Source: a virus
Taxonomy: Duplodnaviria > Caudoviricetes
Virus record (IMG/VR): IMGVR_UViG_3300020440_000009
Span: 24,567-88,566 of that record
Length of the DNA stretch: 64,000 bases
Direction: 5' to 3' (one strand)
Positions 29,094 to 38,552 of the stretch are shown piece by piece. The first letter of the stretch is position 1; each line of letters starts with the position of its first letter. The notes beneath the pieces are model-generated. The model was not told where the DNA came from. It did not search any database and saw nothing but the letters and a program-made list of their open reading frames with translations. Made by a program: the position numbers and the translations under genes.

Positions 29094-29545
29094 AGAGTTG
29101 TTTGTCCTTCGTTCTTATAACAATAACAACTCATGTTCGTAAGTAGTTCCGATAGTAATTTAAAATAAGTTACGATTTCACTATCCAAAAATGATTCTCT
29201 AGCCATTGAATCAGATATTGATCTAGATGTTATTATCCAGGACAATACCGTATTATCAACTGGCAACTCAAAATTTATAGGTCTTAAATTATTATCTAGT
29301 TTATTGATTGTATTAATATCATCTTCGATTACTATATGATAGTCTCCAATCTCTTCAGGTGTTATCGCATCTTTATCGTTATTATAAAAATTCAATAACT
29401 CTTCTAGAAACATTTTTTGACAGAATAGTATAGACCTACAAGTAATACCTTTATCTTGATATGATTTCCAGTCTTTATGATCTCCTAGAGTCTTGAAACA
29501 GGAGATTAAATCCTTTAATAATATTTTTTCTTTTACTCTCGTCAT
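29090..29545 (-). CDS. Hypothetical protein
   Basis: 151 aa ORF overlapping neighbours. Confidence 0.55.
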   Translation of the reverse strand: MTRVKEKILLKDLISCFKTLGDHKDWKSYQDKGITCRSILFCQKMFLEELLNFYNNDKDAITPEEIGDYHIVIEDDINTINKLDNNLRPINFELPVDNTVLSWIITSRSISDSMARESFLDSEIVTYFKLLSELLTNMSCYCYKNEGQTTL

Positions 29546-30106
29546 TTAATATACCTCACAAGTTTTTTGCCACCATTGTGGTTCTGGTCGTTTTGACCAA
29601 ATCATTTTAAATCGATGTCTCTTAGTTGCATAAAAGGCACGATAAGCATCAATAGGATCATCAAGCATACATTCTGGATTTGAACCCATGGCTAATTTAA
29701 AAGGTGTTAAATTACCTTCTGGTATATTCACAGGATAATTAGATAGTGGTTCTCTCAATAATTTATCGGTTAGGTGTTTTTTACCATATCGATAAGTGTA
29801 TTCATCACACAGATGACAAAAGAAGTCATAGTGCCATTTGTAATTTTCGGTTGTCTCTGTTGACCAAATAGTACATGGATGCTTAGGATGAACCGCTTTG
29901 TAAAGTACGTCTTCACGCCAATCAGTCAGTCCCCAGTAACTTATCTTTCTGCCCGATTTGCTCTTAATTTTAGTTTCAACACCATCAAGTAGCCTATGTG
30001 CTGTTGATAACATTTGACCAGACTCAACGACCATTTTAGGTACATGTTTGTCACAATGCATCTCAACTGCTTTTTGTGGGTCTTTATGTAGTACAAATAT
30101 ATTCAT
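29546..30106 (-). CDS. Pyrimidine-dimer DNA glycosylase (DenV-like); probable start MNIF
   Basis: MNIFVL...HCDKHVPKMVVESGQMLSTAH...HPCTIW; GAGG SD before MNIF. Confidence 0.8.
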   Translation of the reverse strand: MNIFVLHKDPQKAVEMHCDKHVPKMVVESGQMLSTAHRLLDGVETKIKSKSGRKISYWGLTDWREDVLYKAVHPKHPCTIWSTETTENYKWHYDFFCHLCDEYTYRYGKKHLTDKLLREPLSNYPVNIPEGNLTPFKLAMGSNPECMLDDPIDAYRAFYATKRHRFKMIWSKRPEPQWWQKTCEVY

Positions 30107-30156
30107 ATCTTTCCTCTTTTGAATTAGATATAATATAGATAAAATTACAAACAAAG

Positions 30157-30879
30157 TCAATTAAAATCCTGAAAACTTTTTAGTTCTTCGGATATGGGAC
30201 CGGTCATGTCTTTCATCTGATAAGCATCATATGTTGCATCATCATGTAGCCATATAAGTATTCTCTGAGAGACTGGTATACCGATTTGCTCTAACATAAG
30301 TTGATAATATGATAACTGTAATTGATACTTATTAAATGGTGTGTCTAACATATCTGAGAATGGATAGTATAACTTTTGATCTTTAAAGTTCTTGAATAAA
30401 TCTTTGTTCGTCTTATAGTCACCTATCAAAAAAGAGTTCTTTTTCTTATTATAGAGGATAATATCACCAGTACCAGCATATAGGTATTTGTGATGATACA
30501 TCTTAAGTTCTGTTGCAAAAGGAACTATATAATCAGGTAAGTCGTCCCAGAATGTTGAGATAGCTTGTTCTAATGGTGTAGTTGGTTCTAAGCTTCTATC
30601 AAAAGCATATCTTTCACCAAAGTAGTGTGCTTTGTCACCTCGCTCACAAGCTTTCTTAGAGTTCTCTTCCCACTCCGCTAGAATCTGTTCTTCAGTCACA
30701 CCTCTTCTTCTGGCAACAAACTTACTAATACTTTTGTCAAATGGTTTGTAGTATCTTTGAATTAATTTGGAAACTGATGGTATAACTTGTTCTTCGACAG
30801 TATAGATATGATTATTTTCATCGAAGTTTAGGTGGTTAAATAACTCACCACACTTCATATATAAAGATTCCACACTCAT
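30157..30879 (-). CDS. PD-(D/E)XK exonuclease
   Basis: RGDKAH, AGTGD, IGDYKT, YQLQLSYY. Confidence 0.85.
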   Translation of the reverse strand: MSVESLYMKCGELFNHLNFDENNHIYTVEEQVIPSVSKLIQRYYKPFDKSISKFVARRRGVTEEQILAEWEENSKKACERGDKAHYFGERYAFDRSLEPTTPLEQAISTFWDDLPDYIVPFATELKMYHHKYLYAGTGDIILYNKKKNSFLIGDYKTNKDLFKNFKDQKLYYPFSDMLDTPFNKYQLQLSYYQLMLEQIGIPVSQRILIWLHDDATYDAYQMKDMTGPISEELKSFQDFN

Positions 30880-31074
30880 TTCAAACTCACATTTAAACTA
30901 CACTTTTTTTAATAAAAAATGATATAGTGCAAATATCACAAAAAATCAACATAAACCACTGTACTAACTTATTTTACATTATTTCACCATTTAGTGGTAT
31001 AATAACAAAAAAGAACAATACAAAATGATATATGTTTTTAAATGAAAATTGTCATATCACAACCATACAGATAA

Positions 31075-31344
31075 TTATACCGTTTTTCTCTTATATTTAT
31101 AGTAAACAATGACCATTGTAATCGCTGAAAATAGACCGGCTAGATAATTTGACAACCACCAAAAGTCATATCCAACTCTTAAAATCGTATAAAATATAGC
31201 TGATATATAACCTACAACGGACAGTGTAAAGAGAGGTAAACTTATATCTTCAACCGATTTTGTTCTAATTGATTTGATTATCTGAGGCCAGTAGCATATC
31301 ATAAAACATATCGTATATATTACACCTAAAATGTTTTCTATCAT
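31075..31344 (-). CDS. PQ-loop / SemiSWEET-like 3-TM membrane protein
   Basis: YWPQIIKSIRTKSVEDIS, three hydrophobic helices, conserved N in LSNY. Confidence 0.75.
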   Translation of the reverse strand: MIENILGVIYTICFMICYWPQIIKSIRTKSVEDISLPLFTLSVVGYISAIFYTILRVGYDFWWLSNYLAGLFSAITMVIVYYKYKRKTV

Positions 31345-31547
31345 TAAACCTCATCACTCTCTTCAGGTTCTTCGATTGGTTCTAAAACCATCTCACCGTT
31401 TTCATCGTAATGATATTTAACAAAGTTTTCCTCTGCTAGTAAATCTAAAATAATTGATGTTGTATGGCCGTAGCTTTTATTACGACCTAAATCATAAGCT
31501 AGTAGAATTGAGCCTATGAACCAAAGTGCTATGATTAAATATATCAT
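31344..31547 (-). CDS. Small membrane-anchored protein
   Basis: N-terminal hydrophobic helix, acidic tail. Confidence 0.55.
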   Translation of the reverse strand: MIYLIIALWFIGSILLAYDLGRNKSYGHTTSIILDLLAEENFVKYHYDENGEMVLEPIEEPEESDEV

Positions 31548-31666
31548 TAATACTTATCTCCTCTCCATAAATCAAAAATATAATACATTGTAATTCCTAG
31601 TAAAGTCCATGTCATCATACTAAACATGTCATCTGGTTTTATTAGTAAATTTTGATATATATCCAT
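31547..31666 (-). CDS. 39-aa membrane peptide (absent from track)
   Basis: MDIYQNLLIKPDDMFSMMTWTLLGITMYYIFDLWRGDKY; fills the gap, TAATG coupling. Confidence 0.5.
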   Translation of the reverse strand: MDIYQNLLIKPDDMFSMMTWTLLGITMYYIFDLWRGDKY

Positions 31667-31677
31667 TGTTTCTCTCT

Positions 31678-32106
31678 CTATTTATAAAATATATGAAGGC
31701 CAATCTTCACAGTTTTTTTCATGTTTTTTGCCCAGTAAGGACTCACATAATCAGCATGATAATGATCTGCACCTTTTGTGTAATTTGTTGTAGGATCAGA
31801 ATAGGCTATCTTCAAGGCTTCATTCCAACGAGGATGTTTTGATGCTTTCTCGATAGTCTTCTCTATGTCTTTTCCGTTCCAACATGAAAATTGTTTCCGA
31901 GCCAAACACACCTCTGAAAAGGATTGATTCTTTTTAATGGCTCGGTTGTAAATTACTTCATAAACCGCTTCAAGAGAGCCTTCATCATATTCACCACCAG
32001 CTTCTAAAATCAAAGTAGTAGCAACAATAGTCTGATCATAATCTGCTTGAACAAAACAAACAAAACCAATAATAGACAAAATAATTAGTACTATAATCTT
32101 ATTCAT
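31678..32106 (-). CDS. SleB-like cell wall hydrolase (Hydrolase_2) with N-terminal signal; probable start MNKII
   Basis: LEAGGE catalytic Glu, VIYNR, QFSCWN, HYHADY..P.W, IGLHIFY. Confidence 0.88.
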   Translation of the reverse strand: MNKIIVLIILSIIGFVCFVQADYDQTIVATTLILEAGGEYDEGSLEAVYEVIYNRAIKKNQSFSEVCLARKQFSCWNGKDIEKTIEKASKHPRWNEALKIAYSDPTTNYTKGADHYHADYVSPYWAKNMKKTVKIGLHIFYK

Positions 32107-32117
32107 ACCTCTCTCAC

Positions 32118-32157
32118 TTTCTACAGATAATGTACTATAAAATGGTGATAAGGTCAA
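32118..32157 (-). promoter_or_regulatory. Sigma70-type early promoter with conserved leader
   Basis: TTGACC-N17-TACATT then TCTGTAGAAAGTGAGAGAGG. Confidence 0.7.
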
Positions 32158-32160
32158 TGA

Positions 32161-32607
32161 CTATTTTTGACTATCTCCAGGTAAAACTCTGTAGTTATCT
32201 TCTACGGAATCAGGTGTGGAAACCTCAATTATTTCTGAATTATCTTCAAGAGCAATAAGCTGATGTGGTTCTAATGGCTCGTTTCTCCAAGTCTCACCTT
32301 CTTGTAGAATAACAGACCTCTGTTCAGCATTCTTGGTGTTGATATAAATTAGTTCAAAAGAGCCTTTGTTTACATACCAAGACTCGTCTTTTTCTCGGTG
32401 AAAATGCATTGAGAACTTCGACATAGCTTTGTTAAAATGCATAATTTTACCACAATACTTATCATTTGTAGCAAATATCAATTCATATCCCCAAGCCTTA
32501 TCTACCTTACCTTCTAGTCTCTCTGTGAAAGAGCCGTCAGTGTAATAGTCTTTACTACCATAACTGGTGGTATGCGTTCTCTTATCCACAACAAAATATT
32601 CACTCAT
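32161..32607 (-). CDS. Cupin (sugar-nucleotide-associated)
   Basis: VDKAWGYE, SMHFHREKDESWYV, PLEPHQL, EVST. Confidence 0.8.
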   Translation of the reverse strand: MSEYFVVDKRTHTTSYGSKDYYTDGSFTERLEGKVDKAWGYELIFATNDKYCGKIMHFNKAMSKFSMHFHREKDESWYVNKGSFELIYINTKNAEQRSVILQEGETWRNEPLEPHQLIALEDNSEIIEVSTPDSVEDNYRVLPGDSQK

Positions 32608-33415
32608 TTTCTATATACTCCCTTATATCAATCCAGTCTAACTTAAAGTATTTCTCTAATTGTCCTAGATTAGCTTGTGTAAATTCTTGATACTGTCCTT
32701 TTAATTTATCAGGAAAAGGTATCTCAACTATTGGTACATTATACTTATTTGACAGGGCTTTTGCGATGTCCAAGAAACTAATTGCCTTACCTGTTCCTAC
32801 ATTGAAAACACCATTTTCTTCTATATCAAACATTCTTAAATGACATTCACACACATCATCTACACAAACAAAATCTCTCTTATAATTTTCACTACCTTCA
32901 AATATTCTTATCTCACCATCTTCTAATGCTTGTTTCTTAAACTTGTGATAAGGACTTGCTTGATCACCTTTATGATCTTCATGTTGTCCATAAACATTAA
33001 AGTATCTGAAGCCTTGAACTGTTATAGGATGAGTAACTTTCTCATACCACAACCATCTATCAAATAGATATTTTGACCAAGCATATGGACTTTCTGGTCT
33101 GAGAGGACCATCTTCTGTAAAATGTTCTGTCTGTCCGTAAACACTCGCACTACTAGAATACTGGAAGTGTACACCATGTTTACAACACTCTTCGTATAGC
33201 CATCTAGAAAACTCAAGATTGACATTGATTATCTTGTCAACATCTCTCTCCGTTGTAGAAGATATTGCACCGAAATGAATTACTTTGTCCATTCCTCTAA
33301 CATCAGGTAAGTCTGTCGTGTTTAGTTCATAACCATATAGTTCATGGTCTTTAGTCAGACGATTAACCATATTCTGACCAATGAAACCTTTGTTACCTGT
33401 TATTAATATCTTCAT
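32600..33415 (-). CDS. hldD: ADP-L-glycero-D-manno-heptose 6-epimerase-like SDR
   Basis: TGNKGFIG, HFGAISSTT, YSSSASVYG, YAWSK, FRYFNVYG, YQEFTQA. Confidence 0.88.
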   Translation of the reverse strand: MKILITGNKGFIGQNMVNRLTKDHELYGYELNTTDLPDVRGMDKVIHFGAISSTTERDVDKIINVNLEFSRWLYEECCKHGVHFQYSSSASVYGQTEHFTEDGPLRPESPYAWSKYLFDRWLWYEKVTHPITVQGFRYFNVYGQHEDHKGDQASPYHKFKKQALEDGEIRIFEGSENYKRDFVCVDDVCECHLRMFDIEENGVFNVGTGKAISFLDIAKALSNKYNVPIVEIPFPDKLKGQYQEFTQANLGQLEKYFKLDWIDIREYIENE

Positions 33416-34155
33416 TTCTTTAAATCACCTTTCTTTATCCAAGCTGTTAAGCCTGACCAAGTCTCGTAATTATTCGATGGTAAAATATACAATATTTCGG
33501 GTATCACTTTTTTTATATTCTTTAAAACTTTAAAAACATCATGTTTCTTTTCATTAACATCGTGAAAAAATACATATCCATCTTTTTTACAATGATTATA
33601 TGCATACATTATATCCCAAGCGACAGCAGGGTAATCATGACCACCATCAACAAATATAAAATCAAACTTCTTATTCTTAAGTATTTCTGGTAAGAAGAAA
33701 GAGTTTTTGTTTATATATTTTACGTTAGATTGATTTATATTTTTATTAAAAAATTGCTTATCATTTTTTCTAATAGCTAACTCTTGATAACTCTCATCAT
33801 CTTCTGAAAGATCACAGGTGATTATATTTGCATCAGGCCATAATTTAGAAAATAAATTAGTCATCTCACCTTTACCTGTACCTATTTCTAAAATGTCTTT
33901 TATATCAGGTCTGTGAATCGATAGAGATGTAAAATATATAAAATCTTTTCCTTGTCCTTTAAAATCTTTAGTCACAAAGTAAATGTTTTCAGGTCCAACT
34001 ATAGACATTAACTTATCTTCAGCTTTTTTTACATCAGTTAATTCCCAATCACAATAATTAATTCCTCTATAATCTTCGAACTTTATATTAGCTACCGAAC
34101 TTCTATTGAAAAAGTACTCATAAGCATCAGGACCACACTCTACAACATCTTTCAT
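33412..34155 (-). CDS. Class I SAM methyltransferase (Methyltransf_24-like)
   Basis: LEIGTGKG, FDFIFVDGGHDY, FFHD. Confidence 0.82.
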   Translation of the reverse strand: MKDVVECGPDAYEYFFNRSSVANIKFEDYRGINYCDWELTDVKKAEDKLMSIVGPENIYFVTKDFKGQGKDFIYFTSLSIHRPDIKDILEIGTGKGEMTNLFSKLWPDANIITCDLSEDDESYQELAIRKNDKQFFNKNINQSNVKYINKNSFFLPEILKNKKFDFIFVDGGHDYPAVAWDIMYAYNHCKKDGYVFFHDVNEKKHDVFKVLKNIKKVIPEILYILPSNNYETWSGLTAWIKKGDLKK

Positions 34156-34156
34156 T

Positions 34157-34597
34157 TTACTGGCTCATCTCTTCTATAATCTTCGTGGTCGAATAACCCT
34201 CTACAGTAGGTACAATATAGACAGGTGCGATGTCTTTTCCTACGACATCATCTGGTTCATAGTCACCACCTTTGACAATACAGTAAGGTTCTAACTCTTT
34301 GATGAGTTCATAAGGTGTGTCTTCTTCAAAAATAATTACTCGATCAACATAAGGTATCTGTTCTAAATTTCTTTTTCTTACATCTTGACTGTTAACTGGT
34401 CTATCTTCACCTTTAAGTCTTTTTGTACTCTCATCTGAATTGATACCAACAACAACAGTTGATTTACCTATATCATAACAATATTTCAATAGTTCGATGT
34501 GTCCTTTATGTAGTATATCGAACACACCGTTTGTAAAAACAATTTCTCTAAATTCTCTAGGTACTACATATTCTTCACTCATGTTAATTTTCTCCAT
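34157..34597 (-). CDS. rfaE2: Heptose-1-phosphate adenylyltransferase (RfaE domain II)
   Basis: FTNGVFDILHKGH, GINSDES, KGEDRP, KGGDY, GYSTT. Confidence 0.9.
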   Translation of the reverse strand: MEKINMSEEYVVPREFREIVFTNGVFDILHKGHIELLKYCYDIGKSTVVVGINSDESTKRLKGEDRPVNSQDVRKRNLEQIPYVDRVIIFEEDTPYELIKELEPYCIVKGGDYEPDDVVGKDIAPVYIVPTVEGYSTTKIIEEMSQ

Positions 34598-35208
34598 TGA
34601 CTAGGATCTAGTGTTTTATTTTCAAGTTTCTCTTTTGACGTAATCATTAAATCATAAGAAACACAATATCTATCTTTTTCTGAAAATGACTCGCTTACAT
34701 AATGTAGTAAATTAGAGGGAAAGATAACAAGTGTCCCGTCTTCAGGCTTTAACTTATGTATATGTGACTCACAATTAATAGGTAGGTTTTGAAACAAATC
34801 ATATTCACTTTCAAATGTGAGTTCTGCACCTTCATCTTTATTGACTGAAATATAGAACACACAACTTAAGTGAGCGTTTACATGCTTATGTGGTGAAACT
34901 CCACCTTCTTTTTGAAGTCTGACACCCCAAGATTTTTGTACATAAACATCCGGTATATTTTCTGAACCTAGTTTATTAATATACTTTCTAGTCTGCTTTG
35001 CGATGAACTTGTTTACATCTGAAAAGCAGTCTAACTCATGTGGTTGTTTTATATCACTATAAATATCGCCAAAAAAAGAAGGATTATGAGAACTAGAATT
35101 AAAACTAGAGTCCCGTACAAGATTCGAAACAGCTTGTATAAGATTTTCTTTATCATATTCCTCCATCTTCGCTTGGAAGATAGGTGTCCCTAAAATATAT
35201 TCTACCAT
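34579..35208 (-). CDS. 2OG-Fe(II) oxygenase-like protein (TIGR02466-type)
   Basis: SWGV, HKHVNAHLSCVFY, IFPSNLLHYV, RYCVSYD. Confidence 0.8.
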   Translation of the reverse strand: MVEYILGTPIFQAKMEEYDKENLIQAVSNLVRDSSFNSSSHNPSFFGDIYSDIKQPHELDCFSDVNKFIAKQTRKYINKLGSENIPDVYVQKSWGVRLQKEGGVSPHKHVNAHLSCVFYISVNKDEGAELTFESEYDLFQNLPINCESHIHKLKPEDGTLVIFPSNLLHYVSESFSEKDRYCVSYDLMITSKEKLENKTLDPSQWRKLT

Positions 35209-35214
35209 ACTAAA

Positions 35215-35712
35215 TTACTCAAAAGCTGAAAGTCTTGAAGATACAGAGGTCGCTGAAATTGAAGTATTCTTAATGTTCGCTATCTCGATCCGTTTAACAA
35301 TATCATCTACTGACTCAATCGTTGGTCTCTCTTCTGTAGACTCATCGAAAGTTAAATGATAAAGTGATGAACTATCTAACATAAAAGATTCCTCACTACT
35401 GGTATATCCAGGTAATTGGCTTATCTTATAATAAGTTTCTTGTAATGGTCCGTCAATCTCTGTACCAACGAATCTGGCCGAGAGACCATCTCCACTTATT
35501 TGACCTGTAATTACATTGTAACTAACTGAGTCTCCAGCTTCACTTACATATGCTTCAATATCATCGTGGTTATCTTCCCAGTCAATAAATGAATTTTTAC
35601 CCGATCTATCTGATTGATATTCTAATCCCGAAAGTAATGACCATCTAGAATTTACTTCCAACTGATCTCTCATACCTTTAAATCTATAAACATTAAATGT
35701 GTAATTCGCCAT
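35215..35712 (-). CDS. Hypothetical protein (late-type promoter)
   Basis: 165 aa; GTAAATA and GGAAAGG upstream. Confidence 0.6.
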   Translation of the reverse strand: MANYTFNVYRFKGMRDQLEVNSRWSLLSGLEYQSDRSGKNSFIDWEDNHDDIEAYVSEAGDSVSYNVITGQISGDGLSARFVGTEIDGPLQETYYKISQLPGYTSSEESFMLDSSSLYHLTFDESTEERPTIESVDDIVKRIEIANIKNTSISATSVSSRLSAFE

Positions 35713-35730
35713 AAAAAACCTTTCCTGTAT

Positions 35731-35877
35731 TTACCATTTTTCTACCCAATCTTTTGGGTTCCTTTCATAAGTTTCAGATAGGTAATTATACAAAAAATAA
35801 AACGTGATTATAATCAATACAACTAAAAGAAAAGGTGCATACTGCACCAAGTCATAGTAATCTAATTTACCCGTCAT
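35731..35877 (-). CDS. 48-aa single-TM peptide (absent from track)
   Basis: MTGKLDYYDLVQYAPFLLVVLIIITFYFLYNYLSETYERNPKDWVEKW. Confidence 0.55.
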   Translation of the reverse strand: MTGKLDYYDLVQYAPFLLVVLIIITFYFLYNYLSETYERNPKDWVEKW

Positions 35878-36212
35878 GTTACAAATCTTTCAAAATAGTC
35901 ATCCACATTATGAGCCTTGTCATCAATCCACACATCATAAGCTGGTTTACCCATCTTAAAAGATGTAAACTTAACTCCCCAATCTTTGAGTTGCTTCTCA
36001 GTTAGAGCGGTCTTTTCCTTCACAGTGTTTGAATTGGCACCTCGTGCTGTCCAATAGTGAATCTCATGACCCTCATCATATAGTTTGTTAAAGTGTTCGA
36101 TACGGTGTTTATAAGGCTTCGCATTCTCATATAGATTGTTCGTACCGCCAGATTCTGTTTCTACGATGCATAAAGAACAAATCGTACCGTCAATGTCTAC
36201 TATATATTTCAT
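35874..36212 (-). CDS. HAD-like phosphatase (capsule-biosynthesis-phosphatase type)
   Basis: VDIDGTI, YWTARG, GKPAYDVWIDDK. Confidence 0.85.
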   Translation of the reverse strand: MKYIVDIDGTICSLCIVETESGGTNNLYENAKPYKHRIEHFNKLYDEGHEIHYWTARGANSNTVKEKTALTEKQLKDWGVKFTSFKMGKPAYDVWIDDKAHNVDDYFERFVT

Positions 36213-36218
36213 AATTTA

Positions 36219-36452
36219 TTATACTCGCATTTCCCCACACTTTTTAATATATTCTTCATTTTGTTCCTCCTCTAATCCTAGTTTAACATCTAAAATACCT
36301 AGTTTGATATTCCAGTATTGGTTTGCGTCCAAACATCCATTGTTATATAGATTCTTTGCCGATTCTTCAAGCTTCCACAATTCTCCAATGGTGTTTTTAG
36401 CTTTTATCTTTCCTCGCATAATTTTATAATCTTCTCTTGTCATTATTACCAA
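36219..36452 (-). CDS. Hypothetical protein
   Basis: 77 aa ORF in the gene run. Confidence 0.5.
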   Translation of the reverse strand: MVIMTREDYKIMRGKIKAKNTIGELWKLEESAKNLYNNGCLDANQYWNIKLGILDVKLGLEEEQNEEYIKKCGEMRV

Positions 36453-36622
36453 CCTTTCTCATATTCTAGTGCAATCTCAAATAATTTCTTCCAAGCTTTT
36501 TTGATTTTTTTGATCTGTTCCGGATTGTTTTCCTCTGCTTCAATCCACTCAATCTCACTATCAACACAGGCTTTGACTATCTTACAAGCCTCTTCGAAAG
36601 ACATAAACTTTTCTTGTTTCAT
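36446..36622 (-). CDS. 58-aa hypothetical protein (absent from track)
   Basis: MKQEKFMSFEEACKIVKACVDSEIEWIEAEENNPEQIKK...EKGW; GAGGA SD. Confidence 0.55.
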   Translation of the reverse strand: MKQEKFMSFEEACKIVKACVDSEIEWIEAEENNPEQIKKIKKAWKKLFEIALEYEKGW

Positions 36623-36732
36623 CAGTGTTTTATCCTCTCATTTCAGTCAACTCAATCGTCTATATATATAATATCATCAAATACATATGAATCAAGTAAA
36701 AAAATGTGTAAATATGTTGAAGGAGATTAATA

Positions 36733-37511
36733 TGAGTGTAAATCACGTTATACCACTAAGAAGAATGGCTTATCAATCTTCTGAATATGTTGAAAGTGCC
36801 TTAAACATATCTTTGGCTAATGGAGATGTCGAAGGTCTCTCTCATATCAATAAGTTCGGCTATAATGACCAAATACCAACTACTTTTGAATTAATTACAA
36901 TACCTTCTACTAATATCGTATATCCGACAACCGCCGCAGTTGTTTCGGTGGTATCAGATGATGCAAATGATGATGCCGGTGATACAGGAGCAAGAACAGT
37001 TTCAATTCAAGGTTTAGATGCTGATTATAACTTACAATCTGATACAATAGAATTGGATGGTACAAACGCAGTTACAACTACTAATACCTATATTAGAGTC
37101 TTTAGAGCAGGTGTTGAAACAGCTGGTAGTTCAGGTGGAGCTGAAGGTACTATTTCCTTTTCAATTGGTGGAAATGTTCAATGTACAATAGATCCTGAAT
37201 ATGATAATCAAACTTTACACGCAGGTTATACTATACCCGCAGGAAAGACTGGTTATCTTACAAGACTACAAGCTACATCTACAAAAGACAATAAAGCTGG
37301 TATGGTAGGCTTTTTTCAAAGAGAATTCGGAACAGATACAGTATTTAAAGTAAAACAACTGATTGAAGTTTATCGTAATAGCGTTGTGGTTGATTTTCCT
37401 GTACCGATAAAACTAACTGAAAAATCTGATTTAGAATTAAGAGGTAAGAATTTAAACAGTGGTAATGTAAGTCTCGGTGGTACATTCGATTTAATATTAG
37501 TAGACAATTAA
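36733..37511 (+). CDS. Hypothetical, probably virion-structural protein; probable start MSVNH
   Basis: Beta-rich G/T/D composition; GTAAATA (36708) and GGAG SD point to ATG 36733 rather than 36687. Confidence 0.65.
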
Positions 37512-37547
37512 ATCTTTAAAATAAATGTATTTTCCGTATAATAGAGC

Positions 37548-38087
37548 ATGAATTCTGAAGTTATCAAAGACATGTGGAAAGAAGGTGGTGATGGTCACTT
37601 CACTTTACTTGACCCACTACAATTTATCCGCTTATTCAACGACTATCAAAATTTTAATGGCAAAAGAGTCTTAGAGTTTGGACCTGGTAACGGTCAGTTT
37701 GCAAAGTGGTTACTCGACACTCATAAAGACATCACCGACTACACGATTGTAGACGCACCAAGATCAATAGAGGTGCCAAAGAAAACACTAGAGGATTACA
37801 AACAAGTCAACTTCTATGAAGCACGAGATTTCAAAGAAGCCTTGAAAAAGAATTATGACATTTTTGTATCATTCAACTGTTTATCTGAAACACCTCCTTC
37901 TTATTATGCCGAGACATTTAACACAGTGAAAACAAAAGGTATTTTTATCATAGACGGAGACCTACATAGTTCCGACTTCCAGAAGAGACTTGACACTTTC
38001 TCTCGTAAGCACCGAGCAAAGGTGGTTAGAAACAAAATCTTGGTTAATATGAGTGGTACTGTGAGTTTACATACTCGAAACATGTAA
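37548..38087 (+). CDS. SAM-dependent methyltransferase (putative sugar O-methyltransferase)
   Basis: VLEFGPGNG, YTIVD, FVSFNCLSE. Confidence 0.75.
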   Translation: MNSEVIKDMWKEGGDGHFTLLDPLQFIRLFNDYQNFNGKRVLEFGPGNGQFAKWLLDTHKDITDYTIVDAPRSIEVPKKTLEDYKQVNFYEARDFKEALKKNYDIFVSFNCLSETPPSYYAETFNTVKTKGIFIIDGDLHSSDFQKRLDTFSRKHRAKVVRNKILVNMSGTVSLHTRNM

Positions 38088-38095
38088 ATAATATT

Positions 38096-38176
38096 ATGTT
38101 ACAGTCCGAAGATACACATACTATGTTACACGATTCGTATGAAATCAGAGGATACTCGCTACTACCAGACCAATGA
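38096..38176 (+). CDS. 26-aa micro-ORF
   Basis: MLQSEDTHTMLHDSYEIRGYSLLPDQ; GTAAATA 5 nt upstream and terminator at its end. Confidence 0.4.
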   Translation: MLQSEDTHTMLHDSYEIRGYSLLPDQ

Positions 38177-38197
38177 GAAATCGTTGGTCTTTTTTTA
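38167..38197 (+). terminator. Intrinsic terminator
   Basis: AGACCAA-tgagaaatcg-TTGGTCT followed by a T tract. Confidence 0.75.
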
Positions 38198-38212
38198 TAT
38201 TAAGGAGAGTTA

Positions 38213-38320
38213 ATGACACAACATCAAAGAATTAAACACCAACAACGCATCAGATCATATCAAAAGCGAAAGCTTATACACACTCTAAGGAAATACAAGC
38301 GAATTAAAAACCAAATGTGA
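38213..38320 (+). CDS. 35-aa highly basic peptide
   Basis: MTQHQRIKHQQRIRSYQKRKLIHTLRKYKRIKNQM; AAGGAG SD. Confidence 0.55.
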   Translation: MTQHQRIKHQQRIRSYQKRKLIHTLRKYKRIKNQM

Positions 38321-38334
38321 CGATAAATACACTC

Positions 38335-38436
38335 ATGAAAACCTTATATTATAAACTACTGATGTTTGTATATGAACATCAAGTTCCACTATTAATTCTG
38401 ATATTATTGAGTATAATCCTTACATATGGAGTATAA
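38335..38436 (+). CDS. 33-aa single-TM peptide
   Basis: MKTLYYKLLMFVYEHQVPLLILILLSIILTYGV. Confidence 0.45.
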   Translation: MKTLYYKLLMFVYEHQVPLLILILLSIILTYGV

Positions 38437-38445
38437 ACGATAACG

Positions 38446-38544
38446 ATGGACAAAGAAATGGTCATTACGCTAGGGTGGGTTATGGGTCTCTTTTTCTTAC
38501 TGATGGTGGTGAGTATTTTAATATTAACCTGGACACAGCCTTGA
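38446..38544 (+). CDS. 32-aa single-TM peptide
   Basis: MDKEMVITLGWVMGLFFLLMVVSILILTWTQP. Confidence 0.45.
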   Translation: MDKEMVITLGWVMGLFFLLMVVSILILTWTQP

Positions 38545-38552
38545 CATTATTA

